64,000 nt of DNA from Antedon mediterranea (GCF_964355755.1 NC_092673.1:310001-374000), one strand, 5' to 3'. Numbered from the stretch's first letter, positions 40,624 through 53,183 are shown. The notes: generated from the sequence alone by a model not told the origin. Made by a program: numbers and translations.

Positions 40624-41894
40624 TATTAAAGTTAATTTCTTTAAAAAAAATACAGTTTGATTTGGTTTGTTTTGTAAACAATACACAAGAGCTGCATGGG
40701 AGAAACGGTCAGAACTTAAATCTCCCAATATATAGATTGTTATTCTTTTGTATTGTTGCTTTTATATATGATTTGTAAATATTATACACCTGTGATAACA
40801 ACTATAGGTCCTCAGTACCTGATGTTGAAACACAATGGTTTGTAATGTAAACTCTTTACTATATGTTATGTTTATTTTTATATACCTCTTTATCAACTCA
40901 AACCTATGATACTGTAGGACAATTTAATACAGTACCTGTATTACCATGTTGATAATGATTTTTCTTTTATATTTTTGCAAATATTTTAAGAACCTGTATC
41001 CGTCATATAATGTATTGTTTTGATGTATTATGTTAAATTGGATGCACCACTTCTGTGTGTGTCACCGATGCAAAGGTGTCATTTCCTAATAAATTATTAT
41101 TAGTAGTAGTAGATCCCCCTCCTTTGGGACACTCCTATTAAAAAGACTTTACATTGAAACACTTCGTTCTGGTCCTGTCGAAGTGTCCCCTATTATACGT
41201 TCTACTGTTGTGCGCATGTTCGGCGCATACGGCTAATCAGCTCGACATATTTTTCTGTTTGAAAAGCTTTATAATATTCGTGTTATAATGTGGCCTTAAA
41301 CAAACTAACGTGACGGGTTCCACTGCACTTTCTTAACCCTAACTAATTTATGATGATTAATTATGACACGCCACGATCGAAAATATATTAATATTCAATA
41401 TTGATAATTAATTGCAATTATTGTAGGAACTGAAGTGCTGACATTTCGAACCCGAGTTGACCGATAACATGCAGCGGTAGCTCTCCATTCCACTGAATGT
41501 CCATTGCGTTGGTAGTATATTAGTATAATGATAACATAATTAATACATCCCACGTCAATACAGTTTGCTACAATGATATATGTATTCTCTTGTTCTACTC
41601 CAAATATAAAGTACTCTGACTGTACTCGGTTTTTCTAGGCCTATGTATTGCCGATACCATGAAGATGAACTGTAAGTTTATACTTAACCAGTTGGACTTG
41701 ATTACCAATGTGTGATTTGTGTATGTAACCGATGCAATGTAGTAGTAATCATTCCACTCTAGCTGGACACACATTTTGGCCGTACGTACAGTAACATTAT
41801 TTCTTGTTCGTGTAATATTGTCTAATGTACTATGTTTGATTTTCATAGTTTAAAGCTATTGTATAATTTGTATGATTTATTTCTTTTTTATTTT

Positions 41895-41969
41895 TAAATG
41901 CACCTTGAGCACTCTGGAGTGGTTTGTGCGCTATAAAAATCTTATTATTATTATTATTATTATTATTAT
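41895..41969 (+). mobile_element. Probable LINE (CR1/L2-type) 3' end with (TTA)n tail
   Basis: GCACCTTGAGCACT..GTGCGCTATAAAAATC followed by (TTA)9. Confidence 0.55.
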
Positions 41970-42619
41970 AAACATAAAGAACAGTTTTTCTAAAGTTAAA
42001 GTTCATCTATAAATAATTTTCATAAACTAATGTAATATAACTTGTTATATTGTCACTGAGTCACTCAGTACGTACTCAATAATTAAGAACTTGGCAATTG
42101 GTTTGTCACGTTCAACCATCACTGTAACAAACTGATACACTAATATACAACATCAAGCAAAATTAACCTAAACTTATATTCTAACTTAAAATAATTGTCT
42201 ACTTTTAAGAGGTTTTTGCTCCTACACACGCGCGTATCACTGCATAACAAGTTGGTGGCGCTGCTCATATTTTACTGATATTTGCAGTCCCTTCAGAGAA
42301 TCTGTTTTGTTGGCGCGTAAGTTTTGAATTGCTCTCAATTGTGAATATACTCTTAACTTTAAAAAAGAAAAGTGTCATGTTTCAGTTGAAATCAAATGTC
42401 GCCAACACGAACTTATTATCGCATCATCGAAGTAACTGAACTGCCGTCATCTCGGCTACTTCGACTTCCGACTAACAGCTATACATTAATGTCAAAAACA
42501 TGTAGGTGGGCCTACTGTAAATGTTTAGTTTGATAGTTCTACAATTTATTCGAGTACGTTTCTTGTAAAGCCAAAATGGGGAAGTACATTTTATAGGAGT
42601 AGCCTACACTGGCCGTCCA

Positions 42620-42786
42620 TTCTGTTCTGTTATTATGCACTATCAAAATAGTTTGACAAAATGATGTGATGTGCCCAAATATGGTACTGATATGACCACA
42701 CACATATGGTAGTTATATGACATCATCATGTATGTGTATGGGCATATCCCATTTTTTTTGTCACATAGAATAATGGGACAGAGCTT
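42620..42786. mobile_element. MITE family 1 degenerate copy
   Basis: CACTATCAAAATAGTTTGAC..GTGATGTGCCCAAATATGGTA..ACAGAGCT-TTA. Confidence 0.7.
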
Positions 42787-43923
42787 TACACACAATACAA
42801 TTCGTGAGGACCAGGCGATAGTTATAGTTAGTTATAACAACTTGTGATTTGGTCCTATTAAATAATAACCAATGCAAAGCAAGTAATAAGCATGGTACTA
42901 ACATAATAACTTATAGTATAACGTATAATGTTTGTCAGCCGATGAGGCAGAGGTTTTCAACGAAAAAAGTCTTTTCTATATTCAACGAATACAAAACATT
43001 CATTATTTGGTTTGTAATAATTCGTTCATTTTTTTTTAATAACAAGTTATAATATCAATGTATGTATACATTGATGAATAAAGAAACCCATAAAATTAAA
43101 AGATTTTGTAAAAAGTTACAAAATGTAACGCATCATCACCAGTGACATCACGACAGAGATTCATATCGACTTGCTTTAGTATACAAAATACATCAACATT
43201 TAATTTATTGACGTGTGTTAGTAGCAGAGAAACCACATCAATAAAATCCTAGTTATCCAAAGAACATTTTGGTTTTCTCTATTTTGCAATCGGTTTTTTT
43301 TTTTAGTAGCAGGGGAGTATTCGTATAGACAATTGTAATTACTAAACTTTTTTTAGGCCAAGGGTAGAGAAGTTCAACACTCGGAGTGAAATCGTCTGAT
43401 GTCGGATATTTGATCAGTTGTTTCGGGTCACTCGAAGGACGACACATCAGCAGGGTCCATTATGATGTATCGCAAACAAAATACATAATAATATTAATGT
43501 ATGATGTGACTCAACATCATGTTTATTTGGCGGCAACATGAGTCGTAACAAGATTCATATACCGTACCGTAATGTGTTGAGTCGCTCCTGGTAGGTGAAT
43601 CGACCTTGCCAAAATCCTATGAAATTGTATAAATTACATTAATTCATATCTCATTAAGTTGTTTCCGTTGACGTAAAACAAGACCGTGTTGAATGACATG
43701 GAAAAAAAGATTTCTTATTATTCATCATTGGTTGTTCTTTAAGTTCAATATAAGTTCAGACATCTACAATCTAATTGTAGTTTTACAGACAATACAAGTT
43801 TATAACCTTTTAAGCCCCTTTTTCTTTAGACATAGATATAATGTCGACATTAATTGTAAATATAACGATTTAGCATAGTTTATGAATATCTTAAGTATAT
43901 AACTAAGTGCACAGTACAATTTT

Positions 43924-44150
43924 TAGTCGAATAAGTGTCGCTCCTTCAGACGAGTAAGTGCCGCGTGTAGTCGAATAAGTGCCGCATAGTCGAATAAGTG
44001 CCGCATAGTTGAATAAGTGCCGCATATTTGAATAAGTGCCGCATAGTTGAATAAGTGCCGCATAGTTGAATAAGTGCCGCATAGTCGAATAAGTGCCGCA
44101 TAGTTGAATAAGTGCCGCATAGTTGAATAAGTGCCGCATAGTCGAATAAG
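43924..44150. repeat. 19-bp tandem repeat (AGTYGAATAAGTGCCGCAT) x~11
   Basis: Direct periodicity; explains ORFs 43903 and 43923. Confidence 0.96.
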
Positions 44151-44409
44151 GATCACATGTAAAATATACACTTTATTGTCACATAATACATTAAAATATA
44201 AAGTGTGAGCTCGGCTTCCGTTACGATTCAATTAAAACCTTCCTAAAAAATACAGATTTAAAGAAATATAAAAAAGGGTAAAAAATACAGAACATCACAT
44301 TTGGTGCTTGAACTATATAATTGATTATTGTTTTAAAAAATGAAAAAAAGAACAGAAAAAATGAATGAATTAATTATCGAATCTTTATAAAAAGAATGAG
44401 GACCGCATA

Positions 44410-45882
44410 TAGTCGAATAATGGACGCATAAGCCATGTGCTGTCGAATAATGACTGCAATGCTGTCGAATAATGGACGCATAAGCCATGTGCTGTCGAAT
44501 AATGACTGCAATGCTGTCGAATAATGGACGCATAAGCCATGTGCTGTCGAATAATGACTGCAATGTTGTCGAATCACGCAGTCGAATAAGATGTACCACG
44601 CTATGCTGTCGAATCACGCAGTCGAATAAGATGTACCACGCTATGTTGTCGAATCACGCAGTCGAATAAGATGTACCACGCTATGCTGTCGAATCACGCA
44701 GTCGAATAAGATGTGCCACGCAATGCTGTCGAATCACGCAGTCGAAAAGATGTACCACGCTATGCTGTCGAATCACGCAGTCGAATAAGATGTGCCACGC
44801 TATGCTGTCGAATCACGCAGTCGAATAAGATGTACCACGCAATGCTGTCGAATCACGCAGTCGAATAAGATGTACCACGCAATGCTGTCGAATCACGCAG
44901 TCGAATAAGATGTACCACGCTATGTTGTCGAATCACGCAGTCGAATAAGATGTACCACGCTATGCTGTCGAATCACGCAGTCGAATAAGATGTGCCACGC
45001 TATGCTGTCGAATCACGCAGTCGAATAAGATGTACCACGCAATGCTGTCGAATCACGCAGTCGAATAAGATGTACCACGCAATGCTGTCGAATCACGCAG
45101 TCGAATAAGATGTACCACGCTATGTTGTCGAATCACGCAGTCGAATAAGATGTACCACGCTATGTTGTCGAATCACGCAGTCGAATAAGATGTGCCACGC
45201 AATGCTGTCGAATCACGCAGTCGAATAAGATGTGCCACGCAATGCTGTCGAATCACACAGTCGAATAAGATGTGCCACGCAATGCTGTCGAATCACGCAG
45301 TCGAATAAGATGTGCCACGCAATGCTGTCGAATCACGCAGTCGAATAAGATGTGCCACGCAATGCTGTCGAATCACGCAGTCGAATAAGATGTACCACGC
45401 TATGCTGTCGAATCACGCAGTCGAATAAGATGTGCCACGCTATGCTGTCGAGTCACGCAGTCGAATAAGATGTGCCACGCAATGCTGTCGAATCACGCAG
45501 TCGAATAAGATGTACCACGCTATGTTGTCGAATCACGCAGTCGAATAAGATGTACCACGCTATGTTGTCGAATCACGCAGTCGAATAAGATGTGCCACGC
45601 AATGCTGCCGAATCACGCAGTCAAATAAGATGTGCCACGCAATGCTGTCGAATCACGCAGTCGAATAAGATGTGCCACGCAATGCTGTCGAATCACGCAG
45701 TCGAATAAGATGTGCCACGCAATGCTGTCGAATCACGCAGTCGAATAAGATGTACCACGCTATGCTGTCGAATCACGCAGTCGAATAAGATGTGCCACGC
45801 TATGCTGTCGAATCACGCAGTCGAATAAGATGTACCACGCAATGCTGTCGAATCACGCAGTCGAATAAGATGTGCCACGCTA
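44410..45882. repeat. Composite minisatellite: three ~52-bp units, then 40-bp unit (GTCGAATCACGCAGTCGAATAAGATGTRCCACGCWATGYT) x~33
   Basis: Direct periodicity; all units contain GTCGAATAA. Confidence 0.97.
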
Positions 45883-46197
45883 AAACCTTGACAAATAATA
45901 ACAAAACATAAGAAAAAATACATTTTATTTGCGTTGGTTTCCGTCACGTTTAACACGTGTCAATCGTTCGACACAACGAATAGATACTCAAAATGTAATG
46001 TCAAATTATCAAAGAATGCAACACATGTTATTCCAGATAATTACATGCAATACCCATCCATCCTTCCTTTACTTTTCCGACGTATAAAGGTTTAAAAACT
46101 AGGTTAGGTCAGAAAGGTTCAGAGAAATGATATTCTCTTGTAAATATGTTTTAAAGTAATAAACCCATCGTTTGTTTATGTTTGAGAGATTGCAAAT

Positions 46198-46352
46198 AAC
46201 TTGAGTTATCGTCGGTATGCCGCCGCAGTCGTCAAATGAATTGAATTATCGTCGGTATGCCGCGGCGGTCGTCAAATGACTCAGTTATCGTCGGTATGCC
46301 GCCGCCGTCATCAAATGACTTGAATTATCGTCGGTATGCCGCCGCCGTCGTC
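46198..46352. repeat. ~40-bp tandem repeat x4
   Basis: TTATCGTCGGTATGCCGCCGCCGTCGTCAAATGA units. Confidence 0.92.
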
Positions 46353-48557
46353 CCAGTTTAAGTGCAGCACGTAAGTTATGCGGTTATCCGCATCTTTAAA
46401 TAATATTGACAAAGTATTTATTGCGACGTTAATTAGACACAATTCTCTCTGGCACGCGTTGTGACACGCTTTCCCTGTGCGTGGAGTTAGAAAGTTAATG
46501 CGTGGGTTTACTTAAAACAACAAGGGCCTAGCTTATGTGTCAAAATGTTACAGAATAATTGATACATGATTGAATTTAGAACTGAGAAAAAAGTTCAGTC
46601 CATTATTAGACCATACTATAAGGAAATAACACCCGCGTTTGGTGCTTGCGTTTTTACATTAAACATTTAGCTTGTGTATTGTGTAATGTTTAATTCTAAA
46701 CTTATACCGTATCATGGGTGGAAGTACATAAACGGAACATGAGAGCCTAATTTATAAAAAACCTTACATTCATGATTTATGTTTAACAATATGGTAAACA
46801 GAAGGAAATACTTCCACCATTTAATGATTGTGTGGGCAGTATATATAATGATTTTCATCAGTGTATTTAATTCTAATTATATCTAATATCTAATTTTAGC
46901 AACACATGATTATTTGGCTAGTCATCTGAGTCGGGCTACTCCACTGGGCTAGGCTAGTAATGATCCGCATACGACTTGTCGTCCTGTTCTTGCTTTCAGA
47001 AATAAGTCGTATACCTACCATCCGAAATTAACTGAACGTCTAAAACGAAACTTTGTACTTCGCCAAGTTTCAATGTTCTGTGTCCCCCTTTGATCGCGTG
47101 TTTTCCCCAAAAGAAGACTATTAAGCATAAACTCTTCACAACAAGTCAAACATATCTGCCATTAGCCTTTTTATTATAAATTACTCGATATCCACAACAT
47201 AATTAAAAACAGCTTGTGAAACAAGCCTTAGACGTAATCATTTTAATAGATTTATCGTCTCGTATCCCCAAGATAAGTTTCCATCAACAGAGTTGAAAGT
47301 ACCTGTCGAAAGCAGCAAAGTGTTTACCCAATCTTCTAATTAATTCCAATCGGCTATTCTAAATGGTTAAAGGTTTGACAGTATTTAAAATAATTTTCTT
47401 TAGGATTTGTTGCTATATTGTAAGCCTAAGTATGGCTCGTCGTCGTGAGGTAACCCTTCGTCGGCGAATTGGACGGGTCAGAATAAAAGTATACGTTGTA
47501 TCATAAATAACTTCTTTTTAAACATATTATTTATAATTGACAAATGTTTGAAATTAAAATGTATCGAGGTGAGAAGTGAATAAAATCAAAGGTCTTTTCT
47601 ACATAGACATTGTATTGTATTATTTGATTGCCTTTTGTAAGACCCTGTGAAATTGCTATCAACGTATCAACTATCAACTCGACACGAGAAGTCATGTCTT
47701 TAATATTTGTTTAACCCTTTCCTAGATCAACCTATTCCCTCGATCAACTCCTTTTCTGGGTCAATTTTCCCAAGATCCGAGCCCGTTCTCTGGATCATCC
47801 CCTTTCTTAAATCATTGCTCAACCCCCCTTCCCTAGATCAATCTTCTTCTGCAAAAGGTACGAGTGGATGAGCAATATCAATAAAACTAAAAACATTGAA
47901 AGCTCATGATCACCTGGGCATGTTATACCCAGGACTAAAATTGATCATGACGTTATCGCAACCCAACATTGAATCTGCATCGAAACACCAAGATATTTCA
48001 CAGGGTTGCATACATACCGATGGGATTCGTCAACATTCCGTAAATTAACAGTTTACGCAATTGCCAACGTATATGGTAGGGGTTAACGGTTTGCGTTATT
48101 GCTTTGATTGACTGGGGGACTCCTTATTACTTCCATCTTGAGTGTAGCGACAGCCACTTAAGAAGTTGCTAGCTGCTGGAGACATTTTGCTTTCAATTGC
48201 TAATTGTACTGACATGATCAAATCCCTCATGATATGTTCAGGCTAAGTGTAGTTTAACACTGAATGTTACTGATATAATAGCGTGCTTCTAATTTTTGTC
48301 AATTCCAATATTCAAACACCCCCTCATGTAGTTGAGTAAATCGTTTTACGTTGGTCATTGGGGCGTTGTTACTGAAATATTGCGCTCTTGTATACCTTTC
48401 CCAATGAAACGTAAATACATAAACACATAAGTATTTTATTTGAAAGTTAGGCCTAGGGCCCGTATGGAAGAAAAAATATTTCGTTCTTTTTAAATACAAA
48501 TTTCGTACAGTAGGCCTATAGAAGTGTAAATAGCGTTTCTTTGCGTTAACGTCCCAG

Positions 48558-48630
48558 TATGGCACGCCAGGACGGACATAACTATCTCAAGTTGACCTTG
48601 CTCGTGTTATGTCCGTCCTGGCGTGCCATA
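48558..48630. mobile_element. 73-bp miniature element, 25-bp perfect TIRs, 6-bp TSD (IS3EU-like)
   Basis: TCCCAG|TATGGCACGCCAGGACGGACATAAC-23 nt-GTTATGTCCGTCCTGGCGTGCCATA|TCCCAG. Confidence 0.85.
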
Positions 48631-49122
48631 TCCCAGATTTAAATTGCCGAAACAGCACTAAATTATTATCATTAATAGTAATATTAATATTATTCATATT
48701 TGATTATCGACCAATTTAATTGTCAAATTCGTTATTTCAATTCAGTATGCATTAATTAAAAGTCGACATGCTGGCACAGACTGGGCCTGATGTGTCAAAG
48801 ACAGTGAGACAAACTTCCGCACCTTCACCGGTAGCAGGTGGGGTACCGTAACTACACCGGCCTACAATTTTATACCGTGTGTTATTTCAAATGTAATGTA
48901 GGTCTAGGTTATGGCATGGTATTTGTTTTGTATGAATTTTTACCGCTGGGTCATAGCAACGGGTGTCTGCGGTGTTGACAGTGAAATGGAAGGCAAGTCG
49001 GTGAAACAACACTGCAACATTGAAACAGCAGTCCTGCTACCTGAATTGATGGCAATCTTTGGATCACTAACACCTGTGTTTTATATTACATCTGCTGAAA
49101 CATGTACACTATGTTATTAGTC

Positions 49123-49246
49123 CAGAAATGAAGTTTAAGCATACAGCTCCATGGTTTAAGTAGCAGAAATGAAGTTTAAGCATACAGCTCCATGGTTTAA
49201 GTAGCAGAAATAAAGTTTAAGCATGGAGCTTACATGGTTTAAGTAA
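49123..49246. repeat. 41-bp tandem repeat x3
   Basis: CAGAAATGAAGTTTAAGCATACAGCTCCATGGTTTAAGTAG units. Confidence 0.9.
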
Positions 49247-50339
49247 CAAACTTTCTTAGCACACAGGGTCGATCATACAAACGAGTAAATACGCGATATA
49301 TATAACAACAATAATTATTTAAAAAGCCTAACGAATTTATATTATATTGTGAAAATGAAAAATGGTATTTTGAAAAATTACACTAAACTGCGTGTATTAA
49401 TTGCATTTTGCATTGTTATTAATTATATCATTCTTAGTATGTTCCTTGTTGTACGAACGTATTTGTTTTTCGTATATTTTGTATACGAATTAATCAAATT
49501 AACTATTATTTACAGAATATTCGTTAATTTTGTTTAAACTTGCATTTAAATTACCACTGTTATTGTATTATATTACAGGAACAAATATTTTACTGTACTT
49601 GAAGTAAGAAAATTCTAATTCTAATTCTTTAAAACATTTAAATAGAACATGCAACACAAATAGAATTTGGGTTAGGCCTACATAACCCCGTTATATATGG
49701 AGTATTACACACAGCCTTAGGCTCAACAAATGAACTAGAAATGTTAAAGAAATTCTAGGCCACAGGCGGGAATGGTCTGTGTTAAAGAGGTAGGGATGAC
49801 GGGACTGCCGTAGGCACCAGACGTATAAGTAAATATTTAACGTAGAACTATGGAAAGTAGGTTGAAATTCAATTAGACTATAGCCTATTATATGAATAAA
49901 AATTCTAGCCTACGTCTCATGTCTTTAATGATACCTTTGTATCAAATATGAAAGAGGTAATTTAGCAATATGAATAGTGTATAAATATGTTGAATCACAA
50001 GATAAAACAAGTGTTTATTGTATTTCTTCCATTTTATTCAAACATAATATAACTATTGTGTAGGCCTACTGTATCACAAAGATTCTTTAAAACCATTTAA
50101 ACCATTACAACAACCTCCTTAATCCAATAGTATATTTTATCGTGACAGTCTTTCACAACAGGAACTTATGTCATAAAATAAAAGATTTGTTTTCGAATAA
50201 ATTCAATTTGTATGCGATAGTATTGCTATACTATAATAATATGCTCATATATTGCCATAGTAACAAGTTATGTAGGCCTATAAAAATAAAAAAATTCTTG
50301 TTTACGAAAGATGGTCAATATATCGACTTTATAAATATG

Positions 50340-51860
50340 TATTGAGGTGACATGCGCAGACTCACATAATGTGGATTTCTGTAAAAGTGACCCTTTTTGG
50401 TTATTATACCGTAATTTGACTTGCGTAGACGCACATAATGACTTGTGCTCTGCGCATGATACCTAAATATTGTACACATAATTTAAAATGTCGAAATTTG
50501 ACCATTTTTCGAAGTATCAACTTTTTAAAATTCTATTTTTATGCAATAATATTGCCATATATGTGCATATATTGCGTTATCATCAGGTTATAGAGTCATA
50601 GTAACCAGTTTTTTCTTTAAATAAAAGGGTCGAAATTTGTTCATTTTTCGAAAATTTCCCTGTACTATAATATAAGGATTTTTTCAAAATGGCCAAAACA
50701 TCGACTTTTTAAAAATCCATTTTATGCAATAATATTGCTATATATGTCCATATATTGCGTTATCATCATGTTATAGAGTCCGATAGTAACCAGTTTTGTC
50801 AAAAAATAAAAGGGTCGAAAATTTGGGTCAATTTTCGACCTTTTTATTTTTCGATAAAACTGGTTACTATAGCACAATGGACATGCGCAGAACGCATTAT
50901 TCGCTATAGTAACCATTTATGTCAAAAGTGGTTACTATATTGCAGAATTGACATGCGCAGAACGCATTATTCGACTCTGCGCATGGTTATTATGCTATAG
51001 AAACCATTTATGTCAAAAAATAAAAGGGTCGAAAATTGGTCATTTTTCGAAAATTTCCCTGTACTATAGTACATGGATTTTTTCAAAAAATGGTCAATTT
51101 TCGACCTTTTTATTTTTCGATAAAACTGGTTACTATAGCACGATGGACATGCGCAGAACCCATTATTCGACTCTGCGCATGTTTATTACGCTTTATATAA
51201 CACCTATATAAATTCCTGTCATTTGATTGGACGAATGTGGGTCACATGGCGTGCAATAGTACGCACTATTCAACGATCGTTAAATAGTACTTTTTTTGTG
51301 TACGAAAAAAAAACGTCTAGATGTTAATGTTTTGTATTCGTGTAATGGTACAAATAATGGCACTTGGTGAATGATGAAAGGTTATATCAACTCGGCTTTG
51401 CCTCGTTGATATAACCTTTCATCATTCACCTCGTGCCATTATTTGTACCATTGCACTCATAAACATTCATTATTTGTATAATAGTAACCATTTATGTCAA
51501 AAGTGGTTACTATATTGCACAATTGACATGCGCAGAACGCATTATTCGACTCTGTGCATGTTTATTATGCTATAGTAACCATTTATGTCAACAAATAAAA
51601 GGGTCGAAAATTGGCCATTTTTCGAAAATTTCCCTGTACTATAGTACATGGATTTTTTCAAAAAATGGTCAATTTTCGACCTTTTTATTTTTCGATAAAA
51701 CTTTTTGAAAAGTTTTCAAAAGATGGCAAAATTTCTTCTAATTTCTCGAATGGTTATTATATCATACATTGGCATGCGTAGATGCACATGTTTTCTGCAC
51801 ATGTTACCTCAATATTGTACAAATATTTTAAAATGTCTAAATTTGGCAATTTTCCAGAAA
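50340..51860. repeat. Complex degenerate repeat array with internal inverted repeats (probable foldback-type DNA transposon remnant)
   Basis: Recurring modules ATAGTAACCA, AAAATAAAAGGGTCGAAAATT / AATTTTCGACCTTTTTATTTT, GACATGCGCAGAACGCATTATTCGACTCTGCGCATG. Confidence 0.8.
51193..51480. mobile_element. Non-autonomous hairpin-bearing insertion without TIR or TSD (Crypton-like)
   Basis: Interrupts host module GCT^ATAGTAACC (intact at ~50903 and ~51569). It carries a hairpin with 51-bp arms (51341-51455) and loop TCGGCTTTGCCTC. Superfamily is inferred. Confidence 0.65.
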
Positions 51861-52415
51861 AAAAATGGAAATTTGCAAACTCTGCTAAAAAAACCAATAT
51901 GATGCATGAATAGCACTATATATATTTATTATTATTTGTGAGCAGTAACATTACAGCAGAAATTCACTAAAAATCATTCTTTTTATAAAAGAGATTATTA
52001 TGCTGTATCTTTCAAAAATAAAAATACTTCATTTAATTAATTCGGTCCAAAATTTCATATAACAATTAAATGGAATACAAATATCTTTATAATTATTTGA
52101 AAATGTATTGGAAGACCAGAAGAACAAACAACTGACAATGAAAACCTCTGTAAAAATAAAGGGTGACGTCCATACAAATTTATCAAACATTTAACATTTG
52201 TAACAGATCAACTTAGAATTGTCTGAAAAACGCTCTACATATAAATATATATGATAACTATTCCTAATCCTAAAAGTATATACCTTAGTCTACAGAATAT
52301 TTTTTTTGACATTTAATCACAATTGTTTCGCGTATGATTATAAAAAAATGTATTTAAATCAAGTACATTATAAATTTTTGCATGATTTCCACATGATGAT
52401 CATGGTAAGTAAGGT

Positions 52416-52596
52416 TTAGACGCCAAATACTTTGTTGACAGTTGCACCTGGTATACTGTAGAGGAGAAGCGCAATGAAGAGGATGAGCAGAACGACAAGG
52501 AAGAACCCAATGATGTACCATTTGTAGTTGTTCCAGATGATGAACTTGAGGGTCTTCCAGGGGGACGTGAACCAAAGGAACGACGTCTCTGGTCGA
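52416..52596 (-). CDS. MYOF: Last coding exon of a ferlin (myoferlin/dysferlin-like); upstream exons lie beyond the window or were not recognised
   Basis: Acceptor TTTTTTTTCTTGCAG, then one base completing a codon and [62 protein letters not shown]. This matches the ferlin C-terminal domain and tail anchor (myoferlin RPETSFLWF...KWVIIGLL...LLYSLP). The ORF track shows a different frame. Confidence 0.9.
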
Positions 52597-53052
52597 CTGC
52601 AAGAAAAAAAACAAATAGTGTATTAAATATTTTGAAATGTTTATTTACATACTTTTAAGATTTAAACAATAATGGACTAAATACGCAATAACAGACAAAT
52701 AACAATAAAACTGTGGGAGGGGAAAAGGAAGAAGGCAGGATGCCAGAAAGATACAGGATCTTGAGTGGAGTCTGCCTGGAACACGAAAAAGAGACAAAGA
52801 GAAAAATTATGGTATCTGAAATAAACCATCATAAAATTTTACAAAAGAGCTGCTTTAACTATCAACAACCCCACTGGTATGGCATTCACCAACAAACAAG
52901 TATTAAATATCATAAAGAAATTTTACTGAATAATAATTTTGCATTCATAATTGCTTTCATAGGTTATAAAAATAACAAATAATACATGATATATCATAAT
53001 ATGACATACAAGATAACTTATTGAAAATATGAATGCATGATGCATGCCTTTA

Positions 53053-53183
53053 AGTTCTGTCTACACTATCAAAATAGTTTGACAAAGAAAGAGTGATGTG
53101 CCTAAATATGGTAGTGATATAACATCATATATGGGCACATCGCATGTTTTTGTTACATAAAGTTTGATAGTGTAGACAGAGCT
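53053..53183. mobile_element. MITE family 1 copy in ferlin intron
   Basis: AGTTCTGTCTACACTATCAAA ... TTTGATAGTGTAGACAGAGCT with TTA on both sides. Confidence 0.85.

Noticed and set aside
22000-52000. A third CYP26 copy or pseudogene in the desert, including ORFs 29828 and 37571
   Set aside because: No P450 or other recognisable motif in the segments I translated. A tBLASTn would be needed to exclude decayed fragments.
52354-52614. [15 protein letters not shown]... from the track
   Set aside because: Wrong frame; the real exon is the ferlin C-terminus in a shifted frame.
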